A stretch of DNA of 64,000 nt, from positions 3,844,001 through 3,908,000 of the forward strand of contig CM075988.1 of NCBI GenBank assembly GCA_038087875.1, written 5' to 3'. Position 1 is the stretch's first letter; each line of letters opens with the position of its first letter. This document shows positions 37,607 through 48,065 of this stretch, piece by piece. The stretch comes from Malacoraja senta. Its lineage: Eukaryota. Both the position numbers and the translations under genes were made by a program. Under the pieces are notes generated by a model. The model did no database searches and was not told the DNA's origin. It saw nothing but the letters and a program-made list of their open reading frames with translations.

Positions 37607-38202
37607 TTAGTCAGGATCAAACCTGGGTCTCCATCCTTGTAAGGCAGCAGCGCCACTGTGCTGCTTTGGGAAAACAGTTGTGGAAATCGTGGGATACTGA
37701 GCGAAATGATATGAATATTCCTCATGTACTGCCCATTATCTGGTGCTGACCTAGAAATTGCAATGCAATAAAGTGACGATGGATAGATTGTGATTGCAGT
37801 TACCAGTTCAGCAAATGCACCGTGAACAACAACTGTCAACACCTGCCGAAATATCAAAACCAGCAAATTAACCGATTCAGACATAAATCAATGTGTCCAC
37901 TGAACTTAAAGTCAAACTTACAATCTTAATGCCCCTTCTCACTTGGCAACGTAAAGTTGGATTAGGAGAATACGCCAGCACGAGATACAAAAATAGGCAG
38001 CTTCCACAATAATACAGAGAAAGATAAATGTATATAAAGGCTAAGCATTTTCTGTTGTTTTAATTTATGTGCAGGTCTGATGCCCGTGATTAACTACATT
38101 GCACTGCTGATCAAGATTTGTAAAATTCCAATGAAGGAAATGACAGGAGGGAGGGCACGTGGAAATGGGGGGACTGGAGGGAGGACATTAGATGGAAATA
38201 GT

Positions 38203-38393
38203 GGAGTGCACCTGTAAATGTGGATTAGAGGAGTGCACCTCTAAATGGTGGATTAGGGGAGTGCACCTCTAAATGGTGGATTAGGGGAGTGCACCTCTAA
38301 ATGGTGGATTAGGGGAGTGCACCTCTAAATGGTGGATTAGGGGTGCACCTGTAAATGTGGATTAGAGGAGTGGACCTGTAAATGTGGATTATG
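38203..38393. repeat. 28-bp minisatellite (GAGTGCACCTCTAAATGGTGGATTAGGG), about 6-7 copies
   Basis: Direct tandem units. Confidence 0.93.
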
Positions 38394-38930
38394 GGAAAGC
38401 ACCCATGCTCCATCTGATTCTATTTGCAGTATGGTAACTGTACGTTCTCCCCGTGATCTGCATGGGTTTTCTCCGCGTGCTCCAGTTTCCTCCCACTCTC
38501 CAAAGACGTACAGGTTTGTAAGCTAATTGGCTTCGATACAAATTGTGGATTGTCCCTAGTGTGTGTAGGATAGTGGTAGAGTGCGGGGATCACTGGTCGG
38601 TGCAGACTCGGTGGGCCGAAGGGCCTGTTTCCGCGCGACGTCTCTGAACTAAACTAAAACTCAAAGCTTTTCACCGTACCTGGGTACACATGCAAATAAA
38701 CTGAACTAAATGAGTTAATTGGTTGTGAAGCAAAAAATGAAAGCATGGGGTGTTTTACAAAGGAACTTAGTCTGATGAAAAATGTGTATGGCACAATCAG
38801 TCAGACAACTCCAGCTAACTAGAAATTACAAAAAATACCTGTTGCTACCTATCACACAAACATATTGGGACATGTGTTGTTTGCCCAGCAATAATGGTGT
38901 GTTAACACTGGACTATGCTATGCATGTTAA

Positions 38931-39143
38931 AGGGCCGGTCCCACTTGTCCGTCATTTGCGCATCACGCAGATGGCTCTTGAAGATTTTGTACATCACAAA
39001 CTCCTGTGACGCCGTTCGTGGCCGCACGTCACTGCCTACGTCATCACGCACCATGCGTGTCACGACGCGCGCGTCATGCGTTGTGACGCGTAAATGATGT
39101 CGCGTAAATTACGCGCAGAAGACGGCCAAGTGGGACAGGCCCT
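38931..39143. mobile_element. PIF/Harbinger MITE, subfamily A
   Basis: TAA TSD on both sides, shared TIR. Confidence 0.85.
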
Positions 39144-39405
39144 TAAGTCTTCACTTCCTCAGGGAAAGCTTCTAGTCATCGCTGCAACTCTAGCTAAGGC
39201 CACAAGCTCAGCTGAAAGGAAAATCAAAGCCTTTTCGCAATACATGACACAAATGCACTGTTGCATCAAACAACCTTGTCAGATTGAAGCCAAGGAGGGC
39301 AGCTATAGGATGAAGACAGAGAACATCGGCATACTATGTCTGGTTCAACCACATGAACCTAAGTGCCGTTCAGCAGGTGTGATGTTGGGCACAAAGTGCT
39401 GGAGT

Positions 39406-39459
39406 GGGGGGGGAGATTGCAACCTTCACGTGGTCCACCCTGTTTCGACGAATGCAATC
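39406..39459 (+). ncRNA. Minimal HDV/CPEB3-like self-cleaving ribozyme motif (predicted)
   Basis: P1 GGGGGGG/CCACCCU with G1.U wobble and one mismatch, P2 GAUUGCA/UGCAAUC, P3 ACC/GGU, L3 UUCACGU, J4/2 CGAA (putative catalytic C at 39449). Confidence 0.82.
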
Positions 39460-39537
39460 AATCTGACGTGCACAAACAAGGTTCAAATAGAACAAGTTGA
39501 CCTACAACTTTATGCTGTGCACGCCATGCACAAGAAG
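39406..39537 (+). mobile_element. Short non-autonomous retroposon with a 5' HDV-like ribozyme (copy 2), inserted in a Penelope pLTR fragment
   Basis: 12-bp TSD aagtgctggagt (39394-39405 and 39538-39549), AAGAAG tail. Confidence 0.9.
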
Positions 39538-39589
39538 AAGTGCTGGAGTAACTCAGCGGGTCAGGTAGTATCTCTGGAAACATAGATAG

Positions 39590-40370
39590 GTTTGGTATTT
39601 TATTGCTTTAATGATTGCTTGATGTCTGCGATTCATGGACATCACCAGTTGCTGGGTGTCTTCTCTGGTGATGCTCTGCCAGGCCTGTATTGCAGCCATC
39701 TTTAGCTTATTCTTGTTTTGGGGGCTAGTCCTCTTCAGTTTTCTCTTCAGCATATAAAAGGCATGCTCAATTGGGTTCAGATCAGGTGATTAACTTGGCC
39801 ACTAAAGAAATGACAATTTTTTTGCTTTGAAAAACTCCTTTGTTGCTTGAGCAGTATGTTTGGGATCATTGTCTTGATGTAGAATGAACCGCCGGCCAAT
39901 AAGTTTTGAGGCATTTGTTTGAACATGAGCAGATAGGATGTGTCTATACACTTCAGAATTCATTATGCTACTACCATCAGCAGTTGTATCATCAATGAAG
40001 ATAAGTGAGCCAGTACCTTCAGCAGCCATACATGCCCAGGCCATAACAACCTCACCACCGTGTTTCACAGATGAGGGGGTATGCTTTGTATCTTGGGCTA
40101 TTCCTTCTCTCCTCCATACTTTGCTCTTGCCATCATTCCGATATAACTTAATCTTGGTCTCATCTGTCCACAAGACCTTTTTCCAGGACTGTGGTTGCTC
40201 TTTTAAGTACTTCTTGGCAATCTGCAACCTGGCCATCCTATTTTTACGGCTAACCAGGGGTTTGCATCTTGCAGTGTAGCCTCTGTATTTCTGTTGATGA
40301 AGTCCTCTGCGGACAGTGGTCATTGACAAATCCATACCTGACTCCTGAAGACTGTTTCTGATCTCCAGAT
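39590..40370 (-). mobile_element. Tc1/mariner (DD34E-type) transposase pseudogene fragment
   Basis: CKPLVSRKNRMARL, VLWTDETK, VKHGG..VMAW, QDNDPKHT, then after a frameshift near 39805 SPDLNPIEHAF. No TIRs seen. Confidence 0.92.
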
Positions 40371-40811
40371 GCATCCAGTCAGTTTGCTCTCAAGGCTAAG
40401 TTCGTAGACGTTCGCTGGAGTATTTAGCGATGTGCCAAATCTTATCAAAGCTCTGAACGAGGGAATTAATGATGGGAAATAAGGAACTAGTAGAGATTGT
40501 GAGCAAATATTTATCCTTCAGCTTCCGAACAGGTCACTAAAAGCAGCCCAATAATGCTTAAAAAATCATGTGCAAAGGAGAGGGGAAAACATGAGAAACA
40601 TGAAACAAAGAGAGAAGTAGGGTACTGATTCTGGATGATCAGCCATGATCATATTAAATGGCGGTGCTGGCTTGAAGGGCCGAATGGCCTGCTTCTACAC
40701 CTACTTTCTATGCTTCTATGTTTCCATGTTTCTATCCCCAACCACCAGCAGCAGAGAAAGATTACCAGAAAATCTAAAGGGAGAAAAACGCTGACATGTC
40801 TCTGGAACTGA

Positions 40812-41172
40812 AGATAGACACAAAATGCTGGAGTAACTCAGCCGCTCCGACAGCATCTCTGGATAGAAGGAATAGGTAACGTTTTGGGTCAAGACCCTTC
40901 TTCCGACTGAGAGTCAGGGGAAAGGGAAATGAGAGATATCGACGGTGATACAGAGAGAGATATAGAACAAATGAATGAAAGATGTGCAAAAAATTTACGA
41001 TGATAAAGGAGACAGGCCATTATTAGCTGTGGGCTAGGTGAAAACAAGTTACAGGCAATGAGACTCAACAAGACGACTGAAGCTGGTATTACGACTTGGT
41101 TTGGGGAGGGACAGAGAGAGTGGAGATGCAAGAGTTACTTGAAGTTACAGAAATCAATGTTCATACCACTGA
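40812..41172 (-). mobile_element. Solo Penelope pLTR with the GIY-YIG C-terminal end
   Basis: 14-bp TSD gtctctggaactga (40798-40811 and 41173-41186). Confidence 0.85.
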
Positions 41173-41950
41173 GTCTCTGGAACTGATGTTTGCCACTAGG
41201 GTTTTAATAGAGAATCTGCAGAGATCGTAGATATATTGGTTGTGTTCTTCCAAAATTTCCCACTTCTGGATAAGGGGGAACGCGTTGTGTGTTTGGATTT
41301 CCAGAGGGATTTGTTCAAGATGACTGCAAAAGGTAAGTCCTCCTGGTGTTAGTGTTGTGGAGGAATACATCTGCATGGGTAGAGGATTGGCTGACAAAAG
41401 GGCGGCACGGTGGCGGAGTGGCAGCGGTCCGAGTTGGTGCTATCTGTAAGGAGTTTGCACGTTCTCCCCGTGACCACGTGGGTTTTCTCTGCGTACTCCG
41501 GTTTCTTCCCACATTCCAAAGACATGCAGGTTTGTAGGTTCATTGGCTTCTGTAAATTGCCCGTAGCATGTAGGATGGAAAAGTGGGATAGCATAGAACT
41601 AGTGTATGGGTCATTGTTGGTTGGCATGGACTCGATGGGCCAAAGGGCCTGTATCGATGCTGTATCTTACACAAAATAAACTAAACTAAATACAGAGTTG
41701 GGATAAATGGTCATTTTCAAGCAGTAACTGTCAGGATCAGTATTGGAGCATCAGATGTTTATAATCTCAATCAATTTAGATGAAGTGACTACATCTAGAT
41801 GTGCTAATGACACATTAGGTGGCAAAGCAGGTGGTGAGGTTGATGCAGAGAATCTGATAAGAGACACAATTACGTTAAGCAAGAGGCAGGAATGTTTGAG
41901 TATAAATTGAGATTATCCACTTTATCAGGAAGAATGAGAAAGTATACTTA

Positions 41951-42270
41951 AGGGCCTGTCCCACTTTCCCGAGTTCTCTGCCGAGTTGAAAGGACCTTAA
42001 AAAAAAAATCAGGATTTTTGTGATCTACGAACTCCTCCTCCCGACTATCTTTTTACTCGTGGACTTTTTGGTAATGCTGGAAAAAACGTCCCGACTTGCC
42101 TGATGCCCCGAGTACCTACGGCTGGCATAACGAGCCGCTACGAAATATCTACGGACTCCTACGGACTCCTACGGAATCGCAACGGAATCGCAACGGACAT
42201 TCTCCGAGTTTGAATCAAGAGGAAAACTCGGCAGAATTCTTGAGTAACTCGGGAAAGTGGGACAGGTCCT
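41951..42270. mobile_element. PIF/Harbinger MITE, subfamily C
   Basis: TTA TSD on both sides, shared TIR. Confidence 0.88.
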
Positions 42271-42304
42271 TTATAAAACTCTGATCTTGGATGTGTATTT
42301 ATTT

Positions 42305-43270
42305 GTGGTTTTGTGTCCTTGCTCCCTGCACCAGCCCCTCAGCCACACATTCCGATCCCCTACCTTCCTGTTCCTGTCCTCAGTAGCACCATGTACTGTA
42401 AGCAATCCAGAGATAACCACCCTAGAAGTCCGGCCTTACAGTCTTCTGCCTAATGCCCCTGTCCCACTTAGGAAACCTGAACGGAAACCTCTGGAGACTT
42501 TGCGCCCCACCCAAGGTTTCCGTGCGGTTCCCGGAGGTTTTTGTCAGTCTCCCTAATGGTCGAAAGTGGTTTCCGCTTCTTCTATGCTCCGGCGATTATT
42601 TCAAAAAATTCAAAACCGGCCGCGACTAAAAATAGGTTGCCGTTTTAAAAATCGGTAATTTTTTAGTCAAAGCCGGTTGCGATGCTAGTTGAAGGTGGTT
42701 GCCGGAGGTTGCAGGTAGTGGAAGGTAAGACCTATATTTCACCCAGTTTTATTCCACCAGGGAGGTCTTACCTTCCACTACCTTCAACCTCCGGCAACCA
42801 CCTTCAACTAGCATCGAAACCGGCTTCAACTAAAAAATTAACGATTTTTAAAACGGCAACCTATATTTAGTCGCGGCCGGTTTTGAATTTTTAAAAATAA
42901 TCGCCAGAACATAGAAGAAGCGGAAACCACTGTCGACCATTAGGGAGACTGACAAAAACCTCCGGTAACCGCACGGAAACCTTGGGTGGGGCGCAAAGTC
43001 TCCAGAGGTTTCCGTTCAGGTTTCCTAAGTGGGACAGGGGCATAACTCTCTGAACTCATGTTGCAGAACCTCCTTCCTCTTCTTCCCGATGTTGTTTGTG
43101 CCCACGTGCACAACTACTGCCGGCTGTTCACCTTCCCTCTCGAGGTTGTTTTGAATTTGGTTCGTGACATCTTGAACCCTGACACCAGGGAGGCAACAGA
43201 CCATCCTCATGTCACGCTTGTCTCCAGAGAATCTCCAGTTGGACAGTCCCACCACTATGGCTCTGCTCAA
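42305..43270 (-). mobile_element. CR1 LINE ORF1 (SGNH/GDSL esterase domain) remnant, split by the palindromic MITE
   Basis: RMVCCLPGVRVQDV...VVVHVGTNNIG...EFREL, continuing past the MITE as GRRL*GRTSRVVISGLL...NVWLRGWCREQG. Confidence 0.88.
42454..43042. mobile_element. Palindromic PIF/Harbinger MITE (subfamily D) with 280-bp arms
   Basis: TAA TSD on both sides. Arms 42454-42733 and 42763-43042, about 12 mismatches by eye, 29-nt spacer. Confidence 0.92.
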
Positions 43271-43787
43271 CGTCAGTCTAGCCGGTTTAGTCCCATCTCT
43301 AGGATTGGAGCCACCGACGGACATCTTCGCAAAAAAACAGTAAAATTTTTACATATTCCGGTAGAGAATTTCCCCCTGGAATCCAAACTCATCTTATCTG
43401 AAAATGTCATGCTTTATTTGTCGAATTCTTAATAAAAATATTCAAAAATCTGACAAAACTGAATTTTAAAACGATTGTCTTTGGCTGATGACATCACATG
43501 CCCCACTTCCCGTCTTCCCCGCCTTCCCCGCTCTGCGAGTGATGTCACCCTCCCGACCACTCGCCCCCCCCCCCCGCCCCCCGCCCCCCCGGTTATTCAA
43601 AAGATGCAGAAAGAATGAGGAAGTGGGGGGGGGGGGGGTGTTGGTGAGGGGGGTTTCCTCTTCTTACTGCACCAATAATTTTTAGCTATTCGTTATTTAA
43701 AGAAAAGTTTTGCATTTATGTAGGTCGTTTACATTTCTCAACCCACTCGACAGCCCACGAGGTTCTTTCTGAAGCAATGTGTGCGAT

Positions 43788-44003
43788 AACCCGGACTTCA
43801 CCAACCCGGACCTCACCAACCCAGACCTCACTAACCCTCACCAACCCGGACCTCACCAACCCGGACCTCACCAACCCGGACCTCACCAACCCGGACCTCA
43901 CTAACCCTCACCAACCCGGACCTCACCAACCCGGACCTCACCAACCCGGACCTCACCAACCCGGACCTCACCAACCCGGACCTCACTAACCCTCACCAAC
44001 CCA
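43788..44003. repeat. 15-bp minisatellite (CCGGACCTCACCAAC) with occasional shorter variant units
   Basis: Direct tandem units. Confidence 0.95.
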
Positions 44004-44187
44004 GTCCTCTGCTGCTTCGCCACCGTGCCTCCCTTTTGTCAGCCAATCCTCTACCCATGCATATATATTCCTCCACAACACTGTGCAAAGTACTATTGAT
44101 ACAGAGTCATTATATATGATAAAAAGTACTTTAATTTGAATACATACGGAGACCAACAAAATGAGTATTGTAGGCTCCGAGTCGTAA

Positions 44188-44416
44188 GTAATAATAATAA
44201 TAATAATGGATGGGATTTATATAGCGCCTTTCTAATACTCAAGGCGCTTTACATCGCATTATTCATTCACTCCTCAGTCACACTCGGTGGTGGTGAGCTA
44301 CTTCTGTAGCCACAGCTGCCCTGGGGCAGACTGACGGAAGCGTGGCTGCTAATCTGCGCCTACGGCCCCTCCGACCACCACCAATCACTCACACACATTC
44401 ACACACATTCACACTA
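44188..44416 (-). mobile_element. 3' part of an L2-tailed SINE
   Basis: Tail gtaaagcgccttgagtattagaaaggcgctatataaat plus (ATT)n, TGTGAA repeats. Confidence 0.72.
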
Positions 44417-44898
44417 ACCAGTATGACTGCCCGCATGCCACCAGGTGGTGGTGTGGAAAACCTGACATGGATTATGGATCAGGTCATCAGCAGCAAAACC
44501 AGATATGGATCAAATCAGCAAAACTGTTTGATCTACAATGGAGGGATATGGGTTATGTGCAGGCTGATAAGAGTTGGACTTGGCATCACATAGACACAAG
44601 AAACTGCATATATCAGTTTACACAGAAGGTCACAAAGTGCTGGAGTAACTCAGTGAGTCAGGCAACATCTCTGGAGAACAGGGACAGGTGACTTTTCAGG
44701 TTAGGACCCTTCTTCAGTCCAGACCCGAAACGTCAACTATCCACCTTCTCCAGAGATGCTGCTTGACCCATTGAGTTACTTCAGCACTTTACATCTTTTT
44801 GGTCTTGGCATCATGTTCAGCACAGGCTTTGTGGACCGAAAGGCCTGTTCCTGTGCTGTAATGTTCTATGTTCTAAAATAAACAGGCATTTTGTGTAC

Positions 44899-45141
44899 AA
44901 AAAGCTGGAGTAACTCAGCGGGGCAGGCAGCATCTCTGGAGAGAAGGAATGGGTGGAGCTTCGGTCTGAGACCCTTCTTCAGATTAGTGTCTGAAGGCCT
45001 AGTCATGAAGAGTCTGAAGAAGGGTCTCGACCCGAAACGTCACCCATTCCTTCTCTCCATAGATGCTGCCTGTCCCACTGAGTTACTCGAGCATTTTGTG
45101 TCCATCTTCGGTGTAAACCAGCATCTGCAGTTTCTTCCGAC
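44899..45141. mobile_element. Penelope pLTR inverted pair
   Basis: TSD gcattttgtgtac (44886-44898) / gcaatttgtgtac (45142-45154). Confidence 0.85.
45014..45041 (+). ncRNA. Minimal type I hammerhead ribozyme core (Penelope pLTR), consensus-intact copy
   Basis: CTGAAGAAGGGTCTCGACCCGAAACGTC. Confidence 0.75.
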
Positions 45142-45631
45142 GCAATTTGTGTACTGAAAGTTCCACAGACAGCAGGCCGAAAATCGCCAGATAATCTGTC
45201 ATCTGTGGCGATGAAGTAACAATGAATAGTGCCTCGGAATTATTTTCCGTCCGTCTTCGAGCAGAAGAAAGGATTTGGTGTAAATTAAATTGCTATCTCA
45301 ACGACAGCATCTTGGTAGTGCAACACATCCACATTGCTCCATTGAGATAATATACTGAAATCTCTGGAGGAGAACCTGTGACTGAGATAAGGAGCCGTGA
45401 CTGCTGTTTCCTCTAGTCTCTCTGCTCAGGTATTCTACGTCCCAAAGGCAACCCTTGCAAGATCATAAGGTCATACGTGATAGGAATACAATTAGGCCAT
45501 TCAGCCCATCGAGTCTGCTATTCAATCATGGCTGATCTATCTCTCCCTCCTAACCCCATTCTCCTGCCTTCTCCCCATAACCTCTGACACCTGGCTTCGC
45601 TTCTCTGGATTGTCTGGCAGTGGTTGAGTTT

Positions 45632-46459
45632 TTTTTGTTTTTTTAATATTTTTATTTTATTAGAAGTAAGTACAATCATATGGCACCAAAGTGCCTAATA
45701 TATATTGACATCATACATTTTATGTACAACTTCTTATTTTTTTTATTATAATGAAGAAGAAAAAGAGAGAATAGATAACAAAAGATAGAAATACGTGTGA
45801 TATATAGTGTGTGAAAAAGAAAAAAGGGTGAAAGAAGAAAAGTGAAGAAAAGAAGATAGAAAGAAACAGAGTAGAAAGTAAGAAGATTAAGGAGATCATT
45901 ATTTGTAATCTTGACCATCCCCCACCCAGTCACGAGACAGTTAGCTTCTACAACTGTGTTGCACCATATGCTTCCAAACAGACGACAAATGGAGACCGAC
46001 TCGTTAAGAATTGGTCTGATTTATCTATTAGGAGGAATCGCATTTCCTCAAGGTGTGCGGTGTCCAACATGCTTGAAATCCACATTTTAAGCGTTGGTAT
46101 TGGTGTATTTTTCCAAAGTTTAAGTATTAGTTTTTTTGCCATTATTAAACCTCAATTAAAAAAATCCATTTTGAGATGAGTTCAATTTATTCCCGTCTTC
46201 CATTACTCCAAATATAATCATTTCAGTATTAGGTTCCATTTTTATCTTGAATAATTTTGTAAATATTTCAAAAATATCACTCCAAAATTTATAAAGTTTT
46301 ATGCAGGAAACGAACGAGTGTTTTGGGATAAACATTTATCACAAACGGGGGATATATTTGGATAGAATTTATTCAATCTAGTTTTTGAATAATATAATCT
46401 ATCTAATAAAAATTTTAATTGGTTTAAATTATCTTACATTAATCGAACATTTGTGTATA
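45632..46459 (-). mobile_element. 5'-truncated L1-clade LINE
   Basis: ORF2 C-terminus AKKLILKLWK..P....W, AATAAA plus A-rich tail, 11-bp TSD tggttgagttt (45621-45631 and 46460-46470). Confidence 0.85.
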
Positions 46460-47832
46460 TGGTTGAGTTTAATATACTTTAGTTTAGTTTAGAGATACAG
46501 CAGAGAAACAGGCCCTTCGGCCCACCGAGTCTGCGCCGACCAGCGATCCTACTACACTAACACTACCCTCCTTACATTAGGGACAATTTACAATTTTACC
46601 AAAGAAAATTAACCTACAGACCCGGAGAAAACTCATGCGGGTCACGGGGAGAACCCACAATCACCATACAGACAGTGCCTGTGGTCAAGATTGAACCTAG
46701 GTCTCTGGCTCTGTTAGGCAGCAACTCTACCGCTGTGTCACCATGCCACCTCTCACAAAGAGGTTCACAATACTTGGTCCTCAGACATCAAAGCACGATC
46801 CCATCAACAATAACAGCAGCGATCCAATCTCTTCCACTGTCAGCCAAGGGTAACATTCCTCCAGTACCTGGAATATTCCCGCTTCAGACATCAGAATGAA
46901 GGGAATAACATTCACACCTCCATGGTTTGTTTACAGGGCTGCATCTCGCTTGAAACGAGACAATGAGAACCATTTAACTCAGACGCAATCCAGGATGTCC
47001 TGCACCATCCGTGCGAGTTGCCAGTCTGGGACTTACTGAGAGATAGGATGGTGTTCACATCTGTCACCACATTTCAGCACTGGATTCCATGATGTGACCT
47101 TGACTTAGTCATAGAGTGATACAGCCTGGAAACAGGCCCTTTGGCCCAACTTCCTCAAACCGGCCAACATGTCCCATCTACACTAGTCCCACCTGCTTTC
47201 ATTTAGCCCATATCCCTCTAAACCAATCCTATTCATGTACCTGTCTAATTCCTAATTTCTTAAACATTGTAATAGGAGGGAAAATGCCCTTCGGCCCACA
47301 GAGTGCGTGCCAACCAATGATCACCCATACGTTAGTTGTATCCCACACACTAGGGACAATTTACAGAAGCCACTTAATGTTCAAACCTGCACATCTTTGA
47401 AAAGTGGAAGGAAACCGGAGCACCTGGAGAAAACCCACACAGTCGCGGGGAGAATGGACAAGCTCAGCACAGAGAGCACTTGTAGTCAGGATCACACCCG
47501 GGTCTCTGGTGCTATAAGGCAGCAACTCTACTGCTGTACTGTCCTTAGGATCTGACAAAACTAACCTCAGTCAGTTTGAGTCTTTTGTGCATCAATAACT
47601 GCGGAATATAATTAGTTGTGCAATCTCCTGTAATTCTGCAGTCTAACAAGGAATTTGCCGATCTCTTTATATGCGCCATCTCTTGTCTGTTTCTTCAGTA
47701 CAATTTTTGACAATTCCTACTGCACCATCTGTGTGTATGTTTGCATGTGCATGCATGTGAGTGAATGAATGAGTGACTCAGCGAGGGCTCGAGATTTGGT
47801 CGATCTCTATGAGTTGAAAACATTTGTAAGAA

Positions 47833-48065
47833 ATGGATAAACATAACAGACGCTGGAGTAACTCAGTGGGACAGGCAGCATCTCTGGAGAGAAGGAACGG
47901 CTGACGATTCAGGTCGAGGCCCTGTTCAAGTTGAGTCTGAAGAAGGGTCTCGACTCGAAACATCACTCATTCCTTCTCTCCAGAGATGCTGCCTGCCCTG
48001 CTGAGTTACTCCAGCATTTTGTGTCTATCTTTGATTTAAACCAGCATCTGGAGTTCTTTCCTACA
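47833..48065. mobile_element. Penelope pLTR inverted pair
   Basis: TSD acatttgtaagaa on both sides. The + hammerhead core at 47937-47964 has a 5-bp stem I (tgagt/actca). Confidence 0.8.

Noticed and set aside
37928..37950. Possible tenth Harbinger TIR (taatgccccttctcactt)
   Set aside because: Degenerate and unpaired.
38203..38393. 28-bp repeats of CRISPR-like length
   Set aside because: No spacers, no cas genes, eukaryotic context.
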